Source of the DNA: Sandaracinaceae bacterium
GTDB lineage: Bacteria; Myxococcota_A; Polyangia; Polyangiales; Houyiibacteriaceae
Assembly (NCBI GenBank): GCA_020633075.1
Contig: JACKEI010000003.1
Location: 67,299-131,298, forward strand
Length of the DNA: 64,000 bases
Reading direction: 5' to 3'
The notes under the pieces are model-generated. The model worked only from the letters and a program-made list of their open reading frames with translations. It was not told the DNA's origin and searched no databases. The translations under genes were made by a program, and so were the position numbers. Each line of letters begins with the position of its first letter. The first letter of the stretch is position 1. This document shows, one piece after another, positions 34,238 through 42,000 of the stretch.

Positions 34238-34969
34238 ATGACCCTCCGAACCCCCCTGCTGACCTCACTCTCCGCTTCGACCTTGTTGCTCGCGCTCGCG
34301 TGCGGGGGCGGCGAGGACGCGCACGAGAACCACGCCGCCCACGGCGGACACGAGGGCCACGCCGCCACTGCGGCGGGCGACCAACCGGCCGACCCCGCAC
34401 AACACGCCGCCCACGGCGCGCACGCCCACGAGCCGCTGCCTGCGCTGGCCGGCGCCGACGAGCGAGCGTCCCTCTTCGACCTCGAGTCGGTCTTCACCGA
34501 CGCCGATGGGGCGACGGTGCGCTTCGCCGATCTGCGCGGGAAGCCGACGCTCGTCGCCATGTTCTATGGCAGCTGCACCAGCATCTGCCCGCTCATCCTC
34601 ACGGACCTGGCGAACGTCCTCGAGCAGGCGAACAACCCGCAGCTCGGCGTGGCGGTGGTCACCTTCGACCCGGAGCGCGACACCGCGGAGAACCTGCGCG
34701 CGCTGCGCACCGAGCGGGGCTTCGACCCGGCCAAGTGGAAGCTGCTGCGCGGAGACGACGAGGCGACGCGCGACCTCGCGATGGCGCTGGGCGTGCAGTA
34801 CCGGCGCACGCCCGACGGCGAGTTCTCCCACAGCGCGCTGATCGTGCTGCTGGACGGAGAGGGGCACATCGTCGCCAGGCACGAGGGCGTTGCGCAGCCG
34901 CTGGGTGAGCTCGTGGCTGCGGCTCGCGCGGCGGGAGCTGCTGCGCCGCCGGCCGCCGCCGCAGAGTGA
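34238..34969 (+). CDS. SCO/SenC family copper chaperone, lipoprotein, with a His-rich N-terminal extension
   Basis: The RBS AAAGGA precedes ATG 34238. The lipobox is LLLALAC. The His-rich extension is HENHAAHGGHEGH...HAAHGAHAHE. The thioredoxin-fold CxxxC motif is FYGSCTSICP, with the conserved His in EFSHSA. Confidence 0.8.
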   Translation: MTLRTPLLTSLSASTLLLALACGGGEDAHENHAAHGGHEGHAATAAGDQPADPAQHAAHGAHAHEPLPALAGADERASLFDLESVFTDADGATVRFADLRGKPTLVAMFYGSCTSICPLILTDLANVLEQANNPQLGVAVVTFDPERDTAENLRALRTERGFDPAKWKLLRGDDEATRDLAMALGVQYRRTPDGEFSHSALIVLLDGEGHIVARHEGVAQPLGELVAAARAAGAAAPPAAAAE

Positions 34970-34984
34970 GCACAGAGGGCGCGC

Positions 34985-35650
34985 TCAGAACGCGCCGCGC
35001 TCGAGCTCGAACAAGACCACGCCCGAGTCGCGAGGCACGAACACACCACCCCCCACGCTGTGGAAGTGCTTCGCCAGCTGGTCCGTGTACCACTCGGGCG
35101 CGCGCAGGTGGACGTTGCCGTCCGTGATCTCTTGGGAGACGTTCTGCTCCCAGTCGGTCGTGGTCAGCGCCTCCAGGTACAGAGCCCCTTCGGTCACGCG
35201 CGCCAGGGTCTTGATGGCGGCGCGGGCCTCGCGCGCGGGCAGGTACTGCAGCACGCCCTGGCAGATGACCAGGTCGGCCGGCTCTCCGTCGTAGTCGGCG
35301 ATCGAGCTGTGCACCCAGTCGTACTCGCCGCACAGGTACTCGCTGACCTCGACGCCCGTGTAGTCGATGCTGGCGTCGATCTGCGCGAGGGCGTCGCGCC
35401 AGCGACCCACCCCGCAGCCGAGGTCCAAGGCGCTCTCTACCGTCACGCCGAGGTAGTCCAGGTAGGAGCAGACGAAGCGCGCGAGCGTCAGGGTCTCGCT
35501 GGCGGAGCTCACCGCCGTGGTCTCGTCCATGTAGTGCCGCGCGTAGTAGTGCTCGTCGAACCTGCGGGGGTCCGACGGGCTGAGCTTCGCGCGGGCCGCT
35601 GTGTTCGAGCCTCGCTTGCTGCGCGGCGTCTTCGATGAATCGCGCGCCAT
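34985..35650 (-). CDS. Class I SAM-dependent methyltransferase
   Basis: 221 aa. Motif I is ALDLGCGVGRW and a post-I acidic residue occurs in YTGVEVS. Confidence 0.75.
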   Translation of the reverse strand: MARDSSKTPRSKRGSNTAARAKLSPSDPRRFDEHYYARHYMDETTAVSSASETLTLARFVCSYLDYLGVTVESALDLGCGVGRWRDALAQIDASIDYTGVEVSEYLCGEYDWVHSSIADYDGEPADLVICQGVLQYLPAREARAAIKTLARVTEGALYLEALTTTDWEQNVSQEITDGNVHLRAPEWYTDQLAKHFHSVGGGVFVPRDSGVVLFELERGAF

Positions 35651-35653
35651 CGA

Positions 35654-37549
35654 TCAGCGCAGCTGCTGGACGCTCAGCGTGTACGCGCCCACTTCGCCCG
35701 GACGGAAGCTGGTGACCAGCACCTGCCACGTGCCGGTCTGGCTCACGTCCAGGTCGTACCCGGCGTCCGTCCCGGCCGCTTGGTTGCGGTCGTCGTTGTC
35801 GATCTGCGCACCGCTGGGGGGCTTGATGATGAGGTACGTGTCGAACGCGCTCGAGCGCGCGTCGATGGCGTAGCGCTGTCCGGCCGTCCACTGGAAGTTG
35901 TAGCGGTCCACGAACTCGCCCGAGTTCAGCGTCGAGTCGCCCGCCGCCAGCGAGCCGCTCTGTACCTGCGCTGGGACGCCGGAGGGCACCGTCCCCCCGA
36001 CCTGTCCGTTGGACACCAGCTGCACCTGGGTGGGCACGTTGGCCAGGACGTTGACGTTCTGCTGCGCCACGACCGCGCCCGCCTGGCTGATGGCGACCTG
36101 GTGCGCTCCCGCCAACACCGACACCTCGCGGCCGTGCTGTGCGTCGCCAACGGGCGTGCCGTCCACCAGGAGCTGCCCGCCCGCGATGTTGGTGATCAGG
36201 ATGATGCTGCCGGTCGCCCCCGTGGGCGGCGTGGGCGTGTCCGTGGTGCCGACCACCGGACTACCCACCTCGCCCCCACCGGCAACCGGCGGCACGTCGT
36301 CGGCCTCGGCGCGCTGCCCGAGCAGCACGTAGGCGCCGCCCGCGACGAGGCCCAGGAGGACCAGACCGACGCCCGCGCCCCCTACGACCCACGCCATGGT
36401 GTTGCTGCGCTGGGGCTGCGCGAAGGACTGCGCCTGGCCCGCGTAGCTGACCGGGCTGGCCGGCGTCGTCTGGGCCGGGCCCCCGCCCGTGGGTGCGGCT
36501 CCGAACGACCCAGGAGCGCCAAAGCCGCCCGAGCTCGACGAGGGAGAGCCGCCTCCTCCGCCACCGGGAGTCCCGAAGGGTGGCGGGGACGGGGCGGTCT
36601 CGGGCCCGCCGGGCGCCGTGGCGCTCATGGGGGTGGGCATGGGCGTGCCCCACGAGTTCGTCGGCGGCGCCATGGGCGGCGCCACCGCCGTCGCGGGCGC
36701 GCTCCCTCGCACCCTGCGCAGCTCCCCCAGCAGTGCGCCCGCGTCCTGCGGCCGCTCCACGGCCGTCTTCGCCAGGCAGCGATCCACCAGCGCCGCCAGC
36801 GCCGGCGGCGTGCTCGGCGCGACCTCGGCCAGCGGCGGGTGCGGGGCCGTGCACGCGTGCACCACGATGGCGCTCGCCGTCTCCCCGATGAAGGGCGTCC
36901 GGCCACTCAGCGCCTCGTACATCATCGCGCCCATGGCCCAGACGTCCGCAGCCGCGGTGACGCCGCGCGCGCTCATGGCCTGCTCGGGCGCCATGTAGTG
37001 CGGTGTCCCCATCGCGATCCCGGTCTGGGTCACGTTCTCGTTGCTCTTGTCCAGGTCGCGCGCGATGCCGAAGTCCAGCAGCTTCACCCGCAGGCTCCCG
37101 TCCCGCTGCTGCGCGAGGATGACGTTCTCCGGCTTCAGGTCCCGGTGCACGATGCCGTTACGGTGCGCGGCCGCGAGCGCCTCCAGCATCTCCTCGAAGA
37201 CGTCCAGCACGGCCGCGCGGGTGTGCCCCCCACGGCCCAGCCAGTCGCGGAAGGTGTCCCCGGACAACAGCTCCATCGCCACGAACAGGCTGCCGTCGCT
37301 CGCGTCGTAGTCCGCGTCGTAGACCTCCACGATGCCGGGGTGGCCGATCTGCGCGGGCGCGCTGACCTCGCGCAGGAAGCGTTGGCGCGCGCCGGGGTCC
37401 TTCCCGATGTGCGGGAAGAGCACCTTCAGCGCCACCGACTTCTTGGTCATCCGGTGGCGCGCCTCGTAGACCACGCCCATGCCGCCACGTGCGATCTCGC
37501 GAACCACCTCGTAGCGTCCACCGACGACCTCATGTTGCGCTTCCGTCAC
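35654..37549 (-). CDS. Ser/Thr protein kinase with TM helix and extracellular PEGA-like plus PPC (pre-peptidase C-terminal)-like domains
   Basis: 631 aa. Kinase motifs are GRGGMGVVYEA..., VALK, HRDLKPEN, DFG and APE. A Pro/Gly-rich linker and a TM helix (MAWVVGGAGVGLVLLGLVAGGAYVLL) follow. The C-terminus reads GEFVDRYNFQWTAGQRYAIDARSSAFDTYLII..P.G..I..DD. Confidence 0.9.
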   Translation of the reverse strand: MTEAQHEVVGGRYEVVREIARGGMGVVYEARHRMTKKSVALKVLFPHIGKDPGARQRFLREVSAPAQIGHPGIVEVYDADYDASDGSLFVAMELLSGDTFRDWLGRGGHTRAAVLDVFEEMLEALAAAHRNGIVHRDLKPENVILAQQRDGSLRVKLLDFGIARDLDKSNENVTQTGIAMGTPHYMAPEQAMSARGVTAAADVWAMGAMMYEALSGRTPFIGETASAIVVHACTAPHPPLAEVAPSTPPALAALVDRCLAKTAVERPQDAGALLGELRRVRGSAPATAVAPPMAPPTNSWGTPMPTPMSATAPGGPETAPSPPPFGTPGGGGGGSPSSSSGGFGAPGSFGAAPTGGGPAQTTPASPVSYAGQAQSFAQPQRSNTMAWVVGGAGVGLVLLGLVAGGAYVLLGQRAEADDVPPVAGGGEVGSPVVGTTDTPTPPTGATGSIILITNIAGGQLLVDGTPVGDAQHGREVSVLAGAHQVAISQAGAVVAQQNVNVLANVPTQVQLVSNGQVGGTVPSGVPAQVQSGSLAAGDSTLNSGEFVDRYNFQWTAGQRYAIDARSSAFDTYLIIKPPSGAQIDNDDRNQAAGTDAGYDLDVSQTGTWQVLVTSFRPGEVGAYTLSVQQLR

Positions 37550-37630
37550 GTCGGGCTCTCTCTATTCGCTCGGGTTGACCTCAGTCTACGTTCGCGGCGC
37601 GCACCACCTGCCCTGACACGCCCGCGGGGC

Positions 37631-38902
37631 TCAGAGCTCGAAGTCGCCTTGCTCGAGGATCTCGGAGATACGGTACAGGAAGCCGTTGGCGTGCACACCG
37701 TCCACGATGCGGTGGTCGTAGGTCAGCGCCATGTACATGACCGGGTGGATGGCCATCAGGTCCTGGTCCTCGCGCTCCACCACGACGACGCGCTTCTTGA
37801 TGGTCCCGAGCCGCAAGATGCCGACGTTGGGCTGGGAGATGATCGCGCCGCCCACCAGGTTGCCCTTGAGGCCCGGGTTGGTCACCGAGAAGGTCTTCCC
37901 GGAGAGGTCGTCCGGTGTGAGCTTGCCGTCGCGGGCGCGGACGGCGATGTCGGTCACGGCGCGGGCGAGGCCCCGCACGGTGAGCTCGTCCGCGTTGCGA
38001 ATGACCGGCACCACCAGGCCGTCGGGGGTGTCCACGGCGATGCCCAGGTTCACGTCGCGCAGCTTGACGTACGCGTCGTCCAGCACGCGCGCGTTGAGCT
38101 CCGGGAACTCGCGCAGGGCGCGGGCCGTGGCTGCCAGCGTGAAGGCCAAGTAGGTGAGGCTGACGCCTTCCTTCTTGTACTGGACCTTGAACTTCTCGCG
38201 CAGGCGCGCCGTCGCGTCCAAGTCGCACTCGGCGAAGGTGACCACCTCGGGGGAGGTCTGCTTCGAGTAGACCATGTGGTCCGCGATGATGCGGCGGCGA
38301 CGCGAGAAGGGGATGACCTCGTCTCCCGGCGCAGGCCGATAAGCGGGCACCTTGAACGCGCTGGGGCGTGCGCCGGCCAGGCTGGTGGCGGCGGCGAGCG
38401 GGCTCTCTGCGCGCGGGGCGGGCGGCGCGATGGCCGGGGCCGAGGCGGGCGCAGCGGCCTCCGCGCTCTTCGCGCGCACGTCGTCGGCCGTGATGCGGCC
38501 GGAGGGGCCGCTGCCGGTCACGTTCACGAGATCCACTCCGCTCTCCCGCGCGAGCTTGCGCACCGAAGGCGAGGAGGGCCCCGGCCCCGTCTTGTCGGGG
38601 GCTGCCTCGGGCGCGGGCGCTTCGGCTGCCGGGGCGGCCTTCGGGGCGCTGGCGCCGGCCTTGGCGCCCGCCTCGATCTCGCACAGCACCGCGCCGACCG
38701 CGACGACCTCGTCCACGCCGGCCAGGATCTTGCGGATGACGCCGTCCACGGGCGAAGGAACCTCGCTGTCCGCCTTGTCGGTCAGGATCTCGACAATGGG
38801 CTGGTCCTTCGTGACTGCGTCGCCCTCCGACACCAGCCACTTACCGACCGTGCCTTCGACAACGCTCTCGCCGAGTTGCGGCATGCTCACCTTGGTGGTC
38901 AC
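37631..38902 (-). CDS. 2-oxoacid dehydrogenase complex E2 component (dihydrolipoamide acyltransferase)
   Basis: The lipoyl domain is MPQLGESVVEGTVGKWLV..GD.V...QPIVEILTDKADSEVPSP. The PSBD is SPSVRKLARESGVDL..V.GSG.SGRIT. The catalytic motif is DHRIVDG. The preferred GTG start at 38902 has an RBS-like GGGAATGAGAGA. The ORF track extends to 39070. Confidence 0.85.
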   Translation of the reverse strand: MTTKVSMPQLGESVVEGTVGKWLVSEGDAVTKDQPIVEILTDKADSEVPSPVDGVIRKILAGVDEVVAVGAVLCEIEAGAKAGASAPKAAPAAEAPAPEAAPDKTGPGPSSPSVRKLARESGVDLVNVTGSGPSGRITADDVRAKSAEAAAPASAPAIAPPAPRAESPLAAATSLAGARPSAFKVPAYRPAPGDEVIPFSRRRRIIADHMVYSKQTSPEVVTFAECDLDATARLREKFKVQYKKEGVSLTYLAFTLAATARALREFPELNARVLDDAYVKLRDVNLGIAVDTPDGLVVPVIRNADELTVRGLARAVTDIAVRARDGKLTPDDLSGKTFSVTNPGLKGNLVGGAIISQPNVGILRLGTIKKRVVVVEREDQDLMAIHPVMYMALTYDHRIVDGVHANGFLYRISEILEQGDFEL

Positions 38903-39034
38903 GTCTCGTCTCTCATTCCCAGGGGGTTTCTCACGGCGCGCAGGGCGCGCGCTTTGGCGGGCACGATAGTACAAACCTGGCTCCCCGGTAAGGCATTCTC
39001 GTGTAGTTCCAGAAGACTCCCGCAAGCGGTCTGC

Positions 39035-39334
39035 ATGGCCCCCGAGGCCGCTTGGTCCCGGAGGGGTCACCAGCCGGCGGGTCTTGCGGCGACCTCCGCC
39101 TCGCGACAGGCTCAGCGGGTGACCGACGAGCTCGCCGCCGACCTCAAGCGCCGTGACCCTGGCTTCATCTTGCGGCTGCTGTTGCGTCTGGGCGTGCTCG
39201 TCCTGGTGGTGGTCTGGGGTGTCAACGCCCTCGGCGAGAACCGTGTGGGCGCCTGCGTGGCGGACGGCTTCCGAGCCGTCACGGGGGAGCCCGCGCCTCG
39301 AGCCGCGCCCCCGGGCCCGACCACGGCCCGGTGA
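39035..39334 (+). CDS. Possible small single-TM protein
   Basis: ATG 39035 lies in the tail of the otherwise spurious 1184-aa ORF, and this 99-aa segment is not antisense to any gene. It has one hydrophobic helix (FILRLLLRLGVLVLVVVWGV). Support is weak. Confidence 0.25.
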   Translation: MAPEAAWSRRGHQPAGLAATSASRQAQRVTDELAADLKRRDPGFILRLLLRLGVLVLVVVWGVNALGENRVGACVADGFRAVTGEPAPRAAPPGPTTAR

Positions 39335-39379
39335 CGAAAAAGAGCGCGACGGCTCCGCGCGGTGAGGTATTGTCGCGCC

Positions 39380-39709
39380 ATGGGCCTAGATAAACTCGAC
39401 CGCGAAGAGCGCCTCCGTCTCATGAAGTTCGTCTGCTCCTTCGCTTGGGCCGACCTCGAAGTACAGGACGAGGAGCGCGACTTCGTGCGCCGCCTGGTGA
39501 AGAAGCTGAAGCTGGACGACACCGACCGCGGCATGGTGGAGGAGTGGCTGGAAGTCCCCCCCCGCGCGGAAGAGGTGGACCCGGCCGACATCCCCTCCGA
39601 GCATCGGCAGCTCTTCCTGGACGCGGTGCGCGCCATGATCGTCGCAGACGGTCGGGTTGACCAGGACGAAGCCGAGAACCTGGTGCTGCTCGAAGCCCTG
39701 CTCGGGTGA
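39380..39709 (+). CDS. TerB-like (tellurite-resistance TerB family / co-chaperone DjlA N-domain-like) protein
   Basis: 109 aa from ATG 39380. The pattern is FAWADLEVQDEERDFVRRLVKKLKLD...FLDAVRAMIVADGRVDQDEAENL, two amphipathic Asp/Glu-rich repeats typical of TerB. Confidence 0.6.
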   Translation: MGLDKLDREERLRLMKFVCSFAWADLEVQDEERDFVRRLVKKLKLDDTDRGMVEEWLEVPPRAEEVDPADIPSEHRQLFLDAVRAMIVADGRVDQDEAENLVLLEALLG

Positions 39710-39744
39710 GGACGAGCTCTGGCGCGGGCGCGCCGGGGGGCACT

Positions 39745-39875
39745 CATCGGAAGTTGGACGGCCGATTGAATTTGGGCCGTCGGGTTGAGGGTTGAGCAGG
39801 CTGAGCACCCATCAGAAGTTGGAAACCCGCTTGATTTTGGGCACCCCGGGTTAAAACCCGGGGCAGCAGACTAGG
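39745..39875 (+). repeat. Two tandem, diverged copies of about 65 bp (CATC[G/A]GAAGTTGGA...TTGA.TTTGGGC...)
   Basis: Copy 1 is 39745-39809 and copy 2 is 39810-39875, about 60-65% identical by eye. Copy 2 forms the left arm of the inverted-repeat element. Confidence 0.5.
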
Positions 39876-40096
39876 TGATCGTGCACATCAAGTCCCCCCC
39901 TGCGGGGGTGGACTACGTGGTGGGTAGGCGGGCGTCGTTCTCCATGAGGTACTCGGACACTGGGGCCTTCGGCCGGGTTCAATCCGAGGCCTCACCAGCT
40001 TTCTACCGCGCAGTCCGCCCCCCGCAGGGGGGTGGACTTATCCACGACACGCGGCCTAGTTTGCTGCCCCGGGCTTAAGCCCGGGGTGCCAAATTG
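39833..40096. repeat. 264-bp structured element with about 43-nt (extendable to about 80-nt) terminal inverted repeats, four GC hairpins and a tRNA-like core (MITE-like element or structured ncRNA)
   Basis: The left arm is GATTTTGGGCACCCCGGGTTAAAACCCGGGGCAGCAGACTAGG (39833-39875). The right arm is CCTAGTTTGCTGCCCCGGGCTTAAGCCCGGGGTGCCAAATTG (40055-40096). Inner hairpins are at 39892-39913 and 40013-40037. GC content is visibly lower than the flanks. Confidence 0.55.
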
Positions 40097-40177
40097 TGCT
40101 TATTTCAAGCGAAATTGTGAGATGCGGCGAGTGGACGGAGGCGGGCCGGGGGGCCGTCACACCCCGGGGACGGCGCG

Positions 40178-40816
40178 TCAGAACACGGTGAGTGAGAGCA
40201 TGCCCCCGCCACGCAGCGGCGCCGCGCCGAACAGCAGGCCACGGCCGCTGTCCGTGTAGTAGACCAGCTCGCGCCGGCGCGCGGCCAGGCCCGCGATGAA
40301 CAGGGTCAGGCCCGCGCTCTGAGCCAGGACCGAGAAGGCGGCGGCGCGGCGCCCCCCGGGCGTGTTGGCCACCAGGAAGCCGCCGACGATGGGCACCCAG
40401 GGCTGCCCGTTGTTGGACGTTCCGTCCCGCAGCGCCAGGGTCAGCGAGCCGACGCCGGCCGTGACGAAGTAGCTCGCCGCGAAGATCGCGAGCCCTGGGA
40501 TCCAGAGGCCCTTGCGCGACCGTGAGCGCACGTAGCCCCCCTCGGGGATGGGCATTCCGTCGTCGTAGGGCACCACGACCCGCCTGGGGGTGGCCGACAC
40601 GGGCTGCGTGGGCGGACCCTGGTACGGCTGCTCATACACGTCGACGGTATAGACCTGCTGCGGAGGTGCGTAGGGCTGCGGCTCGGCCGCGCCGTATGCG
40701 CCCGGTGGGTCCTCCGCTGGCGCTTGTTGCGCGAGCGCGCCCGAAGCGCCGCCGAGCACGCCCACCAGCCCAACAGACAACACGAAAAGCGAGCGAGTTC
40801 GGTGATTCGAGTTCAT
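40178..40816 (-). CDS. Membrane protein (signal peptide, Pro/Gln-rich region, three C-terminal hydrophobic segments)
   Basis: ATG 40816 (MNSNHRTRSLFVLSVGLVGVLGGASGALAQ). The ORF track extends to 40858. No family recognised. Confidence 0.5.
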   Translation of the reverse strand: MNSNHRTRSLFVLSVGLVGVLGGASGALAQQAPAEDPPGAYGAAEPQPYAPPQQVYTVDVYEQPYQGPPTQPVSATPRRVVVPYDDGMPIPEGGYVRSRSRKGLWIPGLAIFAASYFVTAGVGSLTLALRDGTSNNGQPWVPIVGGFLVANTPGGRRAAAFSVLAQSAGLTLFIAGLAARRRELVYYTDSGRGLLFGAAPLRGGGMLSLTVF

Positions 40817-40926
40817 GGCGTTCCAGTCCGTGCAGAATCCACGCCAGCGGAGGCGCACGACGGGTTCCAGGTCCAGGTCAGCCCCCGCCGACCTGATGTG
40901 ACGCTAGCACCCGCGCGGGTGACTGT

Positions 40927-41997
40927 TCAACCGTCGTGACGGCTCAGCAGCTCGGCCTGGTGGTGACTGCGCAGCGCCTGGAACACGTCGCCCAGCTCTC
41001 CGGCCACCACGCGATCCAGGTTGTGCAGCGTCAGCCCGATACGGTGGTCCGTGACCCGGTTCTGAGGGTAGTTGTACGTGCGGATCTTCTCGGAGCGGTC
41101 TCCGCTGCCCACCATCGCGCGTCGCTCGGCGCCGATCTCGGCCGCCTGCTTGTCCTGCTCCATCTGCAGCAGCTTCATGCGCAGGAGCTGCAGGGCCTTG
41201 GCCTTGTTCTGGTGCTGGCTGCGCTCGTTGTCCGCGCGGATCATGATGCCCGTGGGCAAGTGCTTCACGATGACGGCGCTGTGCGTGGTGTTGACGTGCT
41301 GCCCTCCGGGCCCACCCGCGAGCGTGGCGCTGATGTCCAGGTCCTTCGGGTCGATGTGCACGTCCTCGATGGCCTCGGACTCCGGCATGACGACCACCGT
41401 GGCCGTAGACGTGTGGATGCGCCCCTGGCTCTCGGTCGCGGGCACGCGCTGCACGCGGTGCACGCCCCCCTCGAAGCGCATGACCGAGTACACACGGTCT
41501 CCGCTGAGCGTGGCGACCACTTCCTTCAGTCCCCCCGCGCTCGCCTCGCTCTTGCTGATGAGCTCCACCTTCCAGCCCACGGTCTCCGCGTAGCGGCTGT
41601 ACATGCGGAACAGGTCCGCCGCCCACAGGGCCGCCTCCTCGCCGCCCGCGCCCGCCCGGATCTCCAGCACGGTGTCGCTGAGGTCGTCCGGGTCCTTGGG
41701 CAGCAGCGCCACGTTGAGCGCCGCCTCCAGCCGCTCGCGCTCCGCCTCGAGCTCCGGGATCTCCAGCTCTGCGAGCTCGCGCAGGTCGGCGTCGTTCAGC
41801 GCCTCGCGGTGCCCTTGCAGGTCCGTGACCACTTGCTGGTACCGCTGATAGAGGGTCACGACCTCTTGCAGGTCGCTGCGCTCACGAGTCAGGCGCGTCA
41901 GGCGCTTGCTGTCGGCCAGCACGTCGGGCTGACACAGGATCTCTTCGGTGTCGCGATAGCGCGCGGTGAGCGCCTCGAGCTTGTCGATGGGCAGCAT
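40927..41997 (-). CDS. prfA: Peptide chain release factor 1
   Basis: 356 aa. It has the RF1-specific PAT tripeptide (RVPATESQGRIHTS), the GGQ motif (GGPGGQHVNTT) and the conserved RTYNYPQNRVTDHR. Confidence 0.95.
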   Translation of the reverse strand: MLPIDKLEALTARYRDTEEILCQPDVLADSKRLTRLTRERSDLQEVVTLYQRYQQVVTDLQGHREALNDADLRELAELEIPELEAERERLEAALNVALLPKDPDDLSDTVLEIRAGAGGEEAALWAADLFRMYSRYAETVGWKVELISKSEASAGGLKEVVATLSGDRVYSVMRFEGGVHRVQRVPATESQGRIHTSTATVVVMPESEAIEDVHIDPKDLDISATLAGGPGGQHVNTTHSAVIVKHLPTGIMIRADNERSQHQNKAKALQLLRMKLLQMEQDKQAAEIGAERRAMVGSGDRSEKIRTYNYPQNRVTDHRIGLTLHNLDRVVAGELGDVFQALRSHHQAELLSRHDG

Positions 41998-42000
41998 GAC

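Noticed and set aside
35780-39334. 1,184-aa ORF on the + strand, the longest in the window
   Set aside because: It is antisense to the strongly supported Ser/Thr kinase and E2 genes. Its Arg/Ala/Gly/His/Val-rich composition has no motifs. This is the classic stop-codon-poor antisense frame of 70% GC DNA. Only its last 99 codons (39035-39334) lie in otherwise unassigned DNA, and I listed those as a low-confidence CDS.
39900-40000. A genuine tRNA or tmRNA gene, suggested by GGGTTCAATCC followed by ...CACCA
   Set aside because: I could not build a full cloverleaf. There is no D arm or anticodon arm with correct spacing. The T loop is non-canonical (11-nt loop or 6-nt TTCAAT). The acceptor 5' strand lies only about 20 nt upstream, so at most a minihelix forms. 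No tmRNA-like tag reading frame or pseudoknots were evident.
39875-40078. 67-aa ORF inside the structured element
   Set aside because: It spans hairpins and inverted repeats and has atypical codon usage for this genome. It has no RBS and no motif, so it is almost certainly non-coding.
39833-40096. Retron (msr/msd) interpretation of the inverted-repeat element (retrons are classic in myxobacteria)
   Set aside because: There is no reverse transcriptase gene downstream or anywhere nearby. The next gene is a - strand membrane protein.
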